Notes: generated by a model from the letters alone, not told the origin. A stretch of DNA of 33,679 bases from Candidatus Krumholzibacteriales bacterium (GCA_046483305.1 JAWODM010000078.1:1-33679), one strand, 5' to 3'. Positions 17,205 through 26,142 are shown, counted from the first letter of the stretch. Numbers and translations are program-made.

Positions 17205-18920
17205 ATGCCGCTGATTCAGTCGATAGTAAGAAATGTCATATATCCCGTCTACAGGGGATTCAAAAGAGACCGGGTGCTTTCCATCCTGGAAGAGCTGGAA
17301 GGGAACCAGTACCTTTCCGGGGAGGAGATAGAAGAGCTTCAGTGGCGAAAGCTTCAGCAGATGCTCAGGCAGGTGTCAGTTCATGTGCCATACTACCGGG
17401 AGCTGTTCAGAAGGAGAGGTATTGACGTCCGGGCTATCTCCAGCATGGATGATTTCCGGAAGATACCTTACCTGACCAGGAATATAATAAACGGTAATTC
17501 CAGGGCGCTGATCAGCGGCGACCCCCTGCGTAAGGGATTACCCTCCAGCACCGGAGGGTCTACCGGCACTCCCCTTTATTTCTACTGTGACCGGGGTTCC
17601 ATACCTTACCGACAGGCCAACAAGCTGAGGCAGATGCGGATGGCCGGTGTCGATATCGGCGCCAGGCAGCTGAAGTTCTGGGGGCTGGATACCGATCTGG
17701 GCCTCGGGGAACGTTTCCTGAGAGCTCTGAGGACTTATTTCAGCAATACCAGGCTGATTTCGACTTTTGACATGTCAGACTCCCGTATGAAAAAATATAC
17801 CGCCATCGAACGGTCCTTCAAGCCGGATTTCATCAGGGGGTACCCGTCCGCTCTGGTTCTGTTCTCGGATTTCTGCAAAAGGAATTCGGTGGATCTCCAT
17901 AAACCGGACGCGGTAATTACCGGCGGTGAGACCCTTTATCCCGAGCAGAGGGACCTGATAGAGGAAGTTTTCTCTGCTCCGGTGTTCAACAGTTACGGAA
18001 CCAGGGAGTTCGCCGATGTCGCTTTTGAATGCCAGGAGCACTCGGGCCTGCATGTCTCCGCCGATCTTCACCTGGTGGAGCTGATTCACAGCAGCGGCAG
18101 GCCGGCCAGGGATGGAGAGCCGGGGGAGATAGTGATCACTGACCTTATGAATATGTATATGCCTTTTATAAGGTACAGAACCGGCGATCTGGCGGTGGCC
18201 TCCGGAAGGAATTGTGAATGCGGCAGGGGGCTTCCCCTGCTGGATAGAGTCGAAGGGAGGAGTTTTGATACCATAAGGACTCCCGAGGGGAAATTGGTGG
18301 GAGGATTTTACTGGACCAGGCTCTCCCGGGCCGTTCCCGGGATCAGAAGATTTCAGATTGAGCAGAAAGCCCTCAACTGGATAGATTTCAGGATTGTTGC
18401 GGGGGAGGGCTGGAAGAAGGAAAACATTAAAATACTGAGAAATAAGATAAAAGAAAACTGCGGGTCGAATATGCATGTCAATTTCCTGCTGGTTGATGAA
18501 ATTCCGCTGACCCCTTCGGGGAAGTCGAAGTTCGTCATCTCCGATAATACCGACCGGCTGGTTATTAAATCGAAGATACATAAGGCGAATGTCACCGGCG
18601 TCGAGCCGGAAATGAATGACTGCATCAGGATAGACAGGGAGATAATGAAACTGGCCAACATAGATGATTATGAGAAGGTGTTGATTGTGGACGCGACAAA
18701 CGGGGCCAGGCTGGAAACCTTTGCGGTGGGGGATTCTCCCGGGAAGGGCAGAATCATCGCCTCCGGGGCGGTGGCAAATCACGTGAAAGGTGGGGACGAA
18801 ATAGGGATAATGGCGTTTACCTGGTCGAGCGAGACAGGGGGAAATTTCAGCAACATACTGGTGGACAGCGAAAACCGCTTTGTCCGCTATCTGACTGAGG
18901 TTGAGGGGATGAAATTTTAG
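17205..18920 (+). CDS. CapK/PaaK (phenylacetate-CoA ligase) family adenylate-forming enzyme fused to a C-terminal degenerate PanD-like domain
   Basis: VPYYRELF, SSTGGSTGTP P-loop, YPS, GETL, YGTRE, ITDL.N.YMPFIRYRTGD, C.CGRGLP....EGR and LTPSGK; then from ~18549 RLVIKSKIHKANVT...IRID...EKVLIVD.TNGARLETF, a PanD fold. Start is ATG 17205 or 17190. Confidence 0.9.
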   Translation: MPLIQSIVRNVIYPVYRGFKRDRVLSILEELEGNQYLSGEEIEELQWRKLQQMLRQVSVHVPYYRELFRRRGIDVRAISSMDDFRKIPYLTRNIINGNSRALISGDPLRKGLPSSTGGSTGTPLYFYCDRGSIPYRQANKLRQMRMAGVDIGARQLKFWGLDTDLGLGERFLRALRTYFSNTRLISTFDMSDSRMKKYTAIERSFKPDFIRGYPSALVLFSDFCKRNSVDLHKPDAVITGGETLYPEQRDLIEEVFSAPVFNSYGTREFADVAFECQEHSGLHVSADLHLVELIHSSGRPARDGEPGEIVITDLMNMYMPFIRYRTGDLAVASGRNCECGRGLPLLDRVEGRSFDTIRTPEGKLVGGFYWTRLSRAVPGIRRFQIEQKALNWIDFRIVAGEGWKKENIKILRNKIKENCGSNMHVNFLLVDEIPLTPSGKSKFVISDNTDRLVIKSKIHKANVTGVEPEMNDCIRIDREIMKLANIDDYEKVLIVDATNGARLETFAVGDSPGKGRIIASGAVANHVKGGDEIGIMAFTWSSETGGNFSNILVDSENRFVRYLTEVEGMKF

Positions 18921-19005
18921 GTACCAGAGCGGACTTGTTTTCTTATGAGGCAATTTTATATATTAAGGCTGTGATGAGATTAGAATTCTGCCCGAGGCGG
19001 GATAG

Positions 19006-19377
19006 ATGAAAAGGCTTCTCTTGAAATCCATGATAATGCAAGCCAGGGTAACCCAGGCGGACCTCAGGTACGTGGGGAGCATAACCATAGATGAGGACCT
19101 GATCGAAAAGGCGGACCTGAGCGAACAGGAGAATGTCCTGGTGGTTGATAGAACCAACGGTAACCGTCTGCAGACCTATGTAATTAAGGGGAGGCGAGGT
19201 TCCGGTGTGGTCTGCATGAACGGGGCGGCGGCCCACCTGGTGAAGGAGGGAGATGTTGTGGATATCATGACATTCGCCTGGACCGGGGACAGGAGGTGCC
19301 CCCTGTTTATCCGGGTGGATGAATCGAATCATTTCGCCGGGTATTTCAATGAGGATCAATCTCAGCCTTTTTATTGA
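19006..19377 (+). CDS. panD: Aspartate 1-decarboxylase (PanD) homolog, pyruvoyl-dependent, with K9M/H11M substitutions
   Basis: VTQADLRYVG|SITIDEDL, NGNRLQTY and GSGVVCMNGAAAHLV..GD; the N-terminus reads KSMIMQA instead of KSKIHRA. Confidence 0.88.
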   Translation: MKRLLLKSMIMQARVTQADLRYVGSITIDEDLIEKADLSEQENVLVVDRTNGNRLQTYVIKGRRGSGVVCMNGAAAHLVKEGDVVDIMTFAWTGDRRCPLFIRVDESNHFAGYFNEDQSQPFY

Positions 19378-19398
19378 TCCGTTCCGGAAAGAGTCTGA

Positions 19399-20526
19399 AT
19401 GTTTAAAAAATCCCTTCACCTTTTCAAACTATGGGGAATCCCGGTACAGATACATATAAGCTGGCTTATAATTCTGGTGCTGGTGACCTGGAGTTTCGCG
19501 ACCGGATTTTACTCTGAGAGCTACCCCGGGGAATTTTCCACAACCCAGCTCTGGATTATGGCTTTCCTGGCCTCATTGCTGCTTTTCATTTCCATACTCC
19601 TGCATGAATTCAGCCATTCTCTGGTTGCCAGGAAAAACGGGCTGCCTATAGGGAAGATAACGCTGTTCATGTTCGGCGGAATAGCCCATATGGACAATGA
19701 GGTGGAAGACCCCATGGTGGAGCTGAAGATGGCATCCGCGGGGCCGGCGATGACCCTGATCCTGGCGGGGCTGTTTTATCTTCTTTCTCTGGCCCTGAGT
19801 TCGGTGAGGCCCGCCACGGTGGTGTTCGAGTCCCTGGTATATATAAACATAGTGATATTCTTCTTCAATATGGTCCCGGGGTTTCCGCTGGACGGAGGAA
19901 GGATTCTCCGCGCTATTATCTGGTACAGGAAAAAGAACATAGTCCGGGCGACTGATATTGCCAGCAGAATCGGCAAGTACTTCGCCCTTTTCCTGATAGG
20001 GCTGGGCCTGTTCAGCCTCATCTTTTCCGGTAACATAATTGGCGGGATCTGGCTGATGATAATCGGAACTTTCCTCAGGCACGCCGCCATGAGAAGCTAC
20101 GGGGCGATTCTCTACGACCAGGTAATGAAGAGGCTTGACATCTCCGAGCTGATTCGCCGGGACGCGGTTACAGTGGAGCTGACTACTGATCTGGAAACCC
20201 TGGTCAGGGATTACTTTGAGAGGTACCATTATTTTTTCTTTCCGGTGGTTAATGACGGGAGGCTGCTGGGGATTGTCTCCATTAACGATGTTAAGAGTAT
20301 CGATCCGGAACAGCGGCCTGATATGGAGGTAAAGGATATTATCAATACCAGATTGTCGGATTATGCGATAGGAATGAGCAGCTCCCCGGCCAGGGTTTTC
20401 CATCTTATAAACTCCGGCAGGTTTCAATCCTATCCGGTAGTCGACCATGAGGGCCTTTTCCTCGGCCTGATAACCAGGAGCGATTTTGAAGAAGCGATTC
20501 GGGTAATGATGTCGCTGAATAATTAA
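19399..20526 (+). CDS. Site-2 protease (M50, SpoIVFB-like) with C-terminal CBS pair
   Basis: GIPVQIH.SW, HEFSH, ITLFMFGG.A, AGP, FNMVPGFPLDGGRILRA; CBS motifs FPVV....LLGIVS and YPVVD....LGLITRSD. Confidence 0.93.
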   Translation: MFKKSLHLFKLWGIPVQIHISWLIILVLVTWSFATGFYSESYPGEFSTTQLWIMAFLASLLLFISILLHEFSHSLVARKNGLPIGKITLFMFGGIAHMDNEVEDPMVELKMASAGPAMTLILAGLFYLLSLALSSVRPATVVFESLVYINIVIFFFNMVPGFPLDGGRILRAIIWYRKKNIVRATDIASRIGKYFALFLIGLGLFSLIFSGNIIGGIWLMIIGTFLRHAAMRSYGAILYDQVMKRLDISELIRRDAVTVELTTDLETLVRDYFERYHYFFFPVVNDGRLLGIVSINDVKSIDPEQRPDMEVKDIINTRLSDYAIGMSSSPARVFHLINSGRFQSYPVVDHEGLFLGLITRSDFEEAIRVMMSLNN

Positions 20527-20628
20527 CGGTTCCCCCGCAATTTGCTGAACCGGGCCTGGAAAACCAGCGCCTGGTCTGAGAGTAGAGTAAATTCATAAAA
20601 TCTTTCTATTACAGGTACAGGCGGTGTT

Positions 20629-21723
20629 ATGAAAAAGAAAGAGGATAAACAGAATCCCGGCAGTTGGAATGCGGCGCAGCGGTTGCTGGATCTGGCGGCG
20701 GATGAGCTGGAGGCGGCCCTTTTCGTGAAGGACAGGAGCGGCAGGTATATTTACGCCAGCCGGCCATTCCTGCTGATTGCCGGGTTGATGCCGGAAGAAA
20801 CAGAGGGGGTTGCCGATCTCGAGATGCTGCCCAATGTCTTTCCTGCGGAAGCTCTGGACCGGGTTCTGGGGGGAGAAGCAGCGGATGTGTCAGTTCCGGG
20901 GGCCGGGCTGCGGGAAAGGCTGACGTTTGATTTTTCGCTCCGGCCTCTGTTTTCGCCGGAGGGCGAAGTAGAGGGAATAGCGGGAATCGGAACCAGGGCT
21001 GACAGCAGTTTCGGGATTTCAGGCGAGCTTCTTCGCTCCCGGGACCTGGAGGATGCCAGGGTGATACTCTCCCGGGTAGCCCATGACCTCAATAATTACC
21101 TGTATGGCGTTTCGGGAGTGGCCTCCCTGGCTCTGGAATCTGTTCCGGAGGGTAAATCGGTATCCTCGGACCTGAAGGAGATACTGGAGATATCCGCAAA
21201 GATTGGCGGATATCTGAAGAAGCTGCAGGAAATGACCGGGGATGGGAAAGCTGATTTGAGCAGGGAGTCCCTGAATGATATCCTCTCCGGTATAGTGGAA
21301 TACATGAGGAAGGAGCTGCCCGATGGAATTGCAATAAGAGCAGTACTGCCGGATGAGGAATGCTACATCAGGGCGGAGAGGAAAAAGATAGAGAACGCCA
21401 TGTTGAATATATGCTATAACGCGCGTAACGCGATAGAGGACCAGGGCGAGATTGTGATTAAGCTTACCGGAGTAGTCAGGATGACGGGCGGAAGGGAAGC
21501 AGAATATTATAGAATTGTCATCGAGGACAGCGGCCGCGGAATGAGATCCGAAGAGTGTGAAAAGTGCCTTCAGCTGTTCTATACCGGCGGTGCGGAAGGG
21601 GGATCTCTGGGAATGGGGCTTCCGGTCGCGGAAAGTATAATCAAAAGGCATCACGGAGAGTTGTCTCTCAGTACCCGTCCCGGGAAGGGAACCTCTGTGG
21701 AGATACTTCTTCCTGCAGGCTGA
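20629..21723 (+). CDS. Cytoplasmic PAS-domain histidine kinase
   Basis: FVKDRSGRYIYAS (PAS_4-like), H-box AHDLNN, N-box LNICYNARNA, G1 IEDSGRGM, F-box LFYT, G2 GMGL and HHG...G.GT...I.LP. Confidence 0.88.
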   Translation: MKKKEDKQNPGSWNAAQRLLDLAADELEAALFVKDRSGRYIYASRPFLLIAGLMPEETEGVADLEMLPNVFPAEALDRVLGGEAADVSVPGAGLRERLTFDFSLRPLFSPEGEVEGIAGIGTRADSSFGISGELLRSRDLEDARVILSRVAHDLNNYLYGVSGVASLALESVPEGKSVSSDLKEILEISAKIGGYLKKLQEMTGDGKADLSRESLNDILSGIVEYMRKELPDGIAIRAVLPDEECYIRAERKKIENAMLNICYNARNAIEDQGEIVIKLTGVVRMTGGREAEYYRIVIEDSGRGMRSEECEKCLQLFYTGGAEGGSLGMGLPVAESIIKRHHGELSLSTRPGKGTSVEILLPAG

Positions 21724-21736
21724 ACCGGGATCTGAT

Positions 21737-22378
21737 TCAGCCGGGATCACTGCGATTTCCAAAAAGCGAGTCTATGCTTCTGATAGTTTCTCCGGAAAGG
21801 GGGCTGCAGCCGCCCAGCAGGTGAGTTATCAATGTCATCCTGGCTGCATGTTCCAGTACCTCCACCCTGTTGTATGCTTCCATCAGGGTTTTACCCAGAC
21901 AGACCGGACCGTGGTTTTCCATCAGTATGACATCAGAGTTCTCCGCAGCCTCAGCCGCCTCCTCTGCAAGGGGAGCGGAGCCCATGGTGCCGCCCGGGAT
22001 ACGCTGAACTTTTCCGAGAATCAGGTATGACTCCCCGGTCAGGGTGGTATCGATATTCCTGCCGGTGGCGGAGAAGGCGCTGGCGACCGGGGTGTGAGCG
22101 TGTATTACCGCGTTCACACCGGGGCGGCGCCGGTATATCTCCAGGTGCATCTCTTTTTCCATGCTTGGAGAAATGGGGACAGAAAGATTCTCTCCCTCCG
22201 TTGATATCTCACAGATATCTTCAGCGGTTAATTTCCCTTTATCCGGCCCTGAGCGGGTGATCAGGATCGATCCCGAACCGTGCCTGGCGCTGACGTTTCC
22301 TCCGGAGACGGTTGTCAGCCCCCGACTGTAAAGGCGCCTGGCCATCGCGGCTATTTCGTTCTTAAGATTTTCAGTCAT
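21737..22378 (-). CDS. Class II aldolase/adducin family protein (L-fuculose-phosphate aldolase-like)
   Basis: GGNVSAR, PSME..MH..IY..RP...AVIHAH and L.ENHG metal-binding motifs. Confidence 0.92.
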   Translation of the reverse strand: MTENLKNEIAAMARRLYSRGLTTVSGGNVSARHGSGSILITRSGPDKGKLTAEDICEISTEGENLSVPISPSMEKEMHLEIYRRRPGVNAVIHAHTPVASAFSATGRNIDTTLTGESYLILGKVQRIPGGTMGSAPLAEEAAEAAENSDVILMENHGPVCLGKTLMEAYNRVEVLEHAARMTLITHLLGGCSPLSGETIRSIDSLFGNRSDPG

Positions 22379-22576
22379 TTTTTCCTTCTCTGTCCAAATT
22401 GTTTTCCATTGTTTTAATTATACAGCGGAAGGCTTACGGAGGTAAGAGAAAATTAAAGACACCGGCCGGAATAGTTAGTATGATGGCTGTAGACTGAGTT
22501 TTAAATGATAATCTGAAGGACGCGGAAGGGGCGGGCCGGGAAGTCCTGAAGGCCCGAAAGAACGGGAGGCAGTAGT

Positions 22577-23740
22577 GTGAGCAGAAAATTATTCTGGATA
22601 TCTTCAGTAATTGTTTTAACGCTGGCGGCGGCCGGAGCGGTTTCTCATTCACACCAGCCGCGCTCCGTCCCGGAGGGGAAGCAGGGCGGAAGCGATCCTC
22701 TGATAAGGCAGCCGCTGGATTCTGTCGGATACGCCACTTCGCCGGATGAAGTTGAATTCATATTGCAAACCGCGGCCGGATATACCAGTCCGATTGCCGG
22801 CGGAGCAGGAAAAGAAGAAGGCCTTCCGGAAGGGGTAATGACAGGAGCAATCTGCCCTCATGACGATTATCTTTACGCGGGGCCCGCCTATGTCGAAGTA
22901 ATGAAAAGAGTGAAGGCTCCGGTCACGGTAATCTTCGGGGTATGTCATGCCGCCCGCCGCAGGGGTATCCAGGAAAAACTCATCTTTGACAGTTATGATG
23001 CGTGGAAGGGCCCTTACGGGAACTGCCCGGTCTCTACGCTCAGGGACGAAATAATAGATGCTCTGCCTCAGCAGTATGTAATGATCAGTAACGAACTGCA
23101 CGCCAGAGAGCACTCCATAGAGGCCTTTATACCGTTTCTTCAGTATCCGGGTTTCGCGGCCGGCGAGGGTGAAGAGCAGCGGAGAGGGATAGTTCCTGTT
23201 TTGGTAACAAGGTTCCCCGGCAAAAAGCAGGGAAAGGCCGCCGGCCTGATGGCCGAGGTATTGAGGGACCGGATGGAGGCCAGGTGGTGGACCCTGGGAG
23301 AGGATCTGGCAATTCTCATCTCAGCAGATTGTGTCCATTACGGCGACTATAAATGGGGAGGGAGAAATTACGCCCCCTTCGGAACAGGCATGTCGGGGTA
23401 CCGCCGGGCGCTGGAACAGGAGCTGGAGATAATAGACTCATCGCTCACGGGGGCTGTTGATACGGACAAATTGGACCGTTTCAGGGAGCTGGTGGAAAGG
23501 GATGACCCTGAATGGCCCTACAGGGTTACCTGGTGCGGAGTATATTCCATTCCGTTCGGGCTGAGAACCCTGAGCAAGCTTTCGGCCCTGTGCGGCAGGC
23601 CAGGGCCCGAAGGATATCTGCTGCAGTACAGCACCAGCCTGGAAAAACCGCATTACAGCGACATAACCGGTGGGCTGGGAGTGACCAATATCAGCACCCT
23701 GCGGCACTGGGTCGGATACGCCGCAATAGGGTACTGGTAA
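22577..23740 (+). CDS. MEMO1 / AmmeMemoRadiSam protein B homolog with N-terminal signal peptide
   Basis: GAICPHDDYLYAG, IFGVCH, EHSIE..IPFLQ, ISADCVHYG, TWCG and HWVGYAAIGY; GTG start after GGGAGG. Confidence 0.85.
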   Translation: MSRKLFWISSVIVLTLAAAGAVSHSHQPRSVPEGKQGGSDPLIRQPLDSVGYATSPDEVEFILQTAAGYTSPIAGGAGKEEGLPEGVMTGAICPHDDYLYAGPAYVEVMKRVKAPVTVIFGVCHAARRRGIQEKLIFDSYDAWKGPYGNCPVSTLRDEIIDALPQQYVMISNELHAREHSIEAFIPFLQYPGFAAGEGEEQRRGIVPVLVTRFPGKKQGKAAGLMAEVLRDRMEARWWTLGEDLAILISADCVHYGDYKWGGRNYAPFGTGMSGYRRALEQELEIIDSSLTGAVDTDKLDRFRELVERDDPEWPYRVTWCGVYSIPFGLRTLSKLSALCGRPGPEGYLLQYSTSLEKPHYSDITGGLGVTNISTLRHWVGYAAIGYW

Positions 23741-23778
23741 ATATGAACAGTATGAAAATGCCCGCGGATCCTTCGGTT

Positions 23779-24126
23779 TCAGTCTATTTGCAGCTCAATT
23801 TCATCGCCCAGGAAAGTATTGGTATCGGCAAGCCGGTTGGGCGGAAGCTCCAGCGCGCCGATAGACTCCGAATCTGATTCAACGAAACAGCTGGGAGGAA
23901 AATTCCTGAGTATCTTGATGATTCTGCGGTCCCGGTCCAGGAAGACTATGTCCACCGGATTTTTCATGCCCACCGTGTAGATAGCGCTGCAGGGCGATAT
24001 CCAGAGGGCGTAGCCCTCCGGGATCCCGAATTGATTGATATGTTTGAGCGTCCTCGGAAAATTCTTGTTCAATGTCAGCAGGGTGTGACCCAGGAGAGTA
24101 TGTCTTGTAAGGTTTTTGGCCGACAT
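23779..24126 (-). CDS. DUF192 domain-containing protein
   Basis: ALWISPCSAIYTVGM..PVDIVFLD....I.KI and ALELP....DT....GD.I pattern. Confidence 0.85.
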   Translation of the reverse strand: MSAKNLTRHTLLGHTLLTLNKNFPRTLKHINQFGIPEGYALWISPCSAIYTVGMKNPVDIVFLDRDRRIIKILRNFPPSCFVESDSESIGALELPPNRLADTNTFLGDEIELQID

Positions 24127-24429
24127 TATTTATTACCGCTTTCTTATACTTCGTCCCTGTCTATGTCATTACACTGTCGTAACCATACAAGAACCGTTCC
24201 TCTAATTTCCGCGGGCTGGCCGGAAGGGGACAGGCAGGTTGTCTATACTGTAACATCATTGATAACAGGGTTTAACCGCGGACAAATATTTTTATGGCAA
24301 GTCCGCAAAAACGGAAGGGGGAACCCCGGTTGGGAAATAATTACCACCCGGGTCCGCAGATTAAGTAAAAGTCACCTGAGCTTCATGAAGCTGTAGAGGG
24401 TAATTCCCGCCCCTTTATGGATATTCCCT

Positions 24430-24978
24430 TCAGTTCCCTGCGGCTCCCCCATCTTTCTTCAATTTATCGGCGAGCTCTTCGCCCGGATAGGCGAAGACTG
24501 TTCTGCTCCGGAATATGAAGAATGGTAATATCGCGCTTGCCGCTGCCGGTATGATGTAGGAGTGGTCAAAGATCGCAACCGCTATCAGAGCGGCCGCGAT
24601 AGGTATATTCAGGGCCGAGGAAAGTATCGCGCTGATGCTTGCGCAGAGAACAGCGGAGTAATTCACGGTTCCCGGGGTTACCGCGAAAAATGTGTCCACG
24701 CCTCTGAAACTCCCGCTGCCGTTGTTCACCGCCTCGATATAGCTATTGGTTCCGTCTCCTCCCGCTCCGGGAAAGTATCTCAGAATTACCAGGCCGGTAA
24801 GCGCGGCCCCCGCAACCGGCACCAGGAAACCCGGCAGCACGGTGACCGCCGCTGTTCTGGCGGAAAGATAATCCAGGGCTTTCATGAACAGCTTCAGCAG
24901 CCCGGCGCCGGTAATACCGGCAGCCACCGCGATAACAACCGTTCCTGCCAGCTTATGAATTAATTTTTCAGATTTCAT
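24430..24978 (-). pseudogene. CLC (EriC) chloride channel homolog with a large in-frame internal deletion
   Basis: First half matches the CLC N-terminus (LVPVAGA..TG......P.AGGDGT..YI.AV....G). Second half matches the CLC C-terminus (SA.L....NIPIAA.LI...IF....IIP). The central GxEGP and GGxFxP helices are missing, and the product is only 182 aa. Confidence 0.6.
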
Positions 24979-25036
24979 GCTGATGCTGATTCAACCTCCG
25001 CCTCCAGCGGATGCTGTTTACTCACGGGCTGTGGAT

Positions 25037-26101
25037 TTATCCCTCCAGAAGCTCCAACATCCTGCTTTCGGCTTTTTTCATATTGTCTTCCCACAATCCC
25101 CTTTCCTCAATAATCCGGAGGTTCTTTCCTTTCGCTTCTTCCATACCGGGCCGGTCCACTACCGCCTTGATTACTCTCCCCGCCAGCTCATCGGGATCAT
25201 TGCTCTCGAGGATGATTCCGTTTACACCGTCCTCTATCCATTCGCGGTTTGCCTCGAGGTCGGTGACCACCGGGAAAACACCGCAGGCCATAGCTTCCAG
25301 CAGAGATACCGATGTTGAATCTGAACTGGATGTGGAAATGTAAATATCGCTCTCCCGGAGTCTATCAGCGAGCGTCTCTGGATCGACTCTGCCGGAAAGG
25401 GTGAACCTGCCGGAGAGGCCCAGCTCCGAAATGCTTTTTTCGATCCTTCCCCTTTCAGGGCCGTCTCCGCATAATACGAAACGGGCATCCACGCCTCCCA
25501 GAATACGGGGAGCGGCTTCGACAAGAAGCCCCGGGTTGTAAACCCTGTAGAAATTCCGTGTGCTGATTATTCTGACCTGTTTTTTATCCAGCCGTTTATC
25601 CGGGTCGGGGGGGTAAAATATACCGCTGTCGATGCCGAAGTATATCTTGACCACGTCCTCGCCGGGCGCTCCCGCCCGGACCGCCGCTTCCGCCAGGCTG
25701 TCCGAATCCACGGTAATCAGGTCCGCCTTCTTTACGGCGTATTCAATCTGCGCTCTGTGTATGAAGTGTTTACGGTAATCAACCAGCAGATCGGAACCGA
25801 GGGCGGTAATTACCAGGGGGCGGTATCCGCACAATGCTCCCATCAGGCCGTATCCGCTTATGTAAAGGCAGCTTACCAGATCCGGCCCGAACTCCGCCAG
25901 TTCTTTCTTCAGTCTGGGAAGCGATGAGAGATAACCCAGCAGATTGGTGGGCAGGTACCTGCCGAGCCTGGTTACAGGGAATCCGGTTTCAGGAGTTTCT
26001 TCGAATGTGAACAGCGCGGCCTGGTGTCCCCGGCCGGAGAAGTATTCTCCCCAGCGCCTGATATGGGTCAGGGAGCCGTCGCCCAGGAGAGCTATCCGCA
26101 T
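25037..26101 (-). CDS. Glycosyltransferase family 4 (GT-B)
   Basis: S.TH..RW, LGSDLL, FGID..IF.P, ISTRN...VYN, GDGP and DIYISTSSSDSTSVSLLEAMACG. Confidence 0.92.
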   Translation of the reverse strand: MRIALLGDGSLTHIRRWGEYFSGRGHQAALFTFEETPETGFPVTRLGRYLPTNLLGYLSSLPRLKKELAEFGPDLVSCLYISGYGLMGALCGYRPLVITALGSDLLVDYRKHFIHRAQIEYAVKKADLITVDSDSLAEAAVRAGAPGEDVVKIYFGIDSGIFYPPDPDKRLDKKQVRIISTRNFYRVYNPGLLVEAAPRILGGVDARFVLCGDGPERGRIEKSISELGLSGRFTLSGRVDPETLADRLRESDIYISTSSSDSTSVSLLEAMACGVFPVVTDLEANREWIEDGVNGIILESNDPDELAGRVIKAVVDRPGMEEAKGKNLRIIEERGLWEDNMKKAESRMLELLEG

Positions 26102-26142
26102 ATCCTACCGCCTTTCAAAATAAAATCATTCCCATCGCGAGG

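Noticed and set aside
17775..18953. 392-aa minus-strand ORF
   Set aside because: Antisense shadow of the well-supported ligase-PanD fusion, with no recognisable motifs.
24290..24420. Possible riboswitch (GGGGAACC, imperfect CCCGG...CCGGG hairpin)
   Set aside because: It lacks the remaining c-di-AMP, c-di-GMP or fluoride riboswitch consensus; a hairpin after the CLC remnant explains it equally well.
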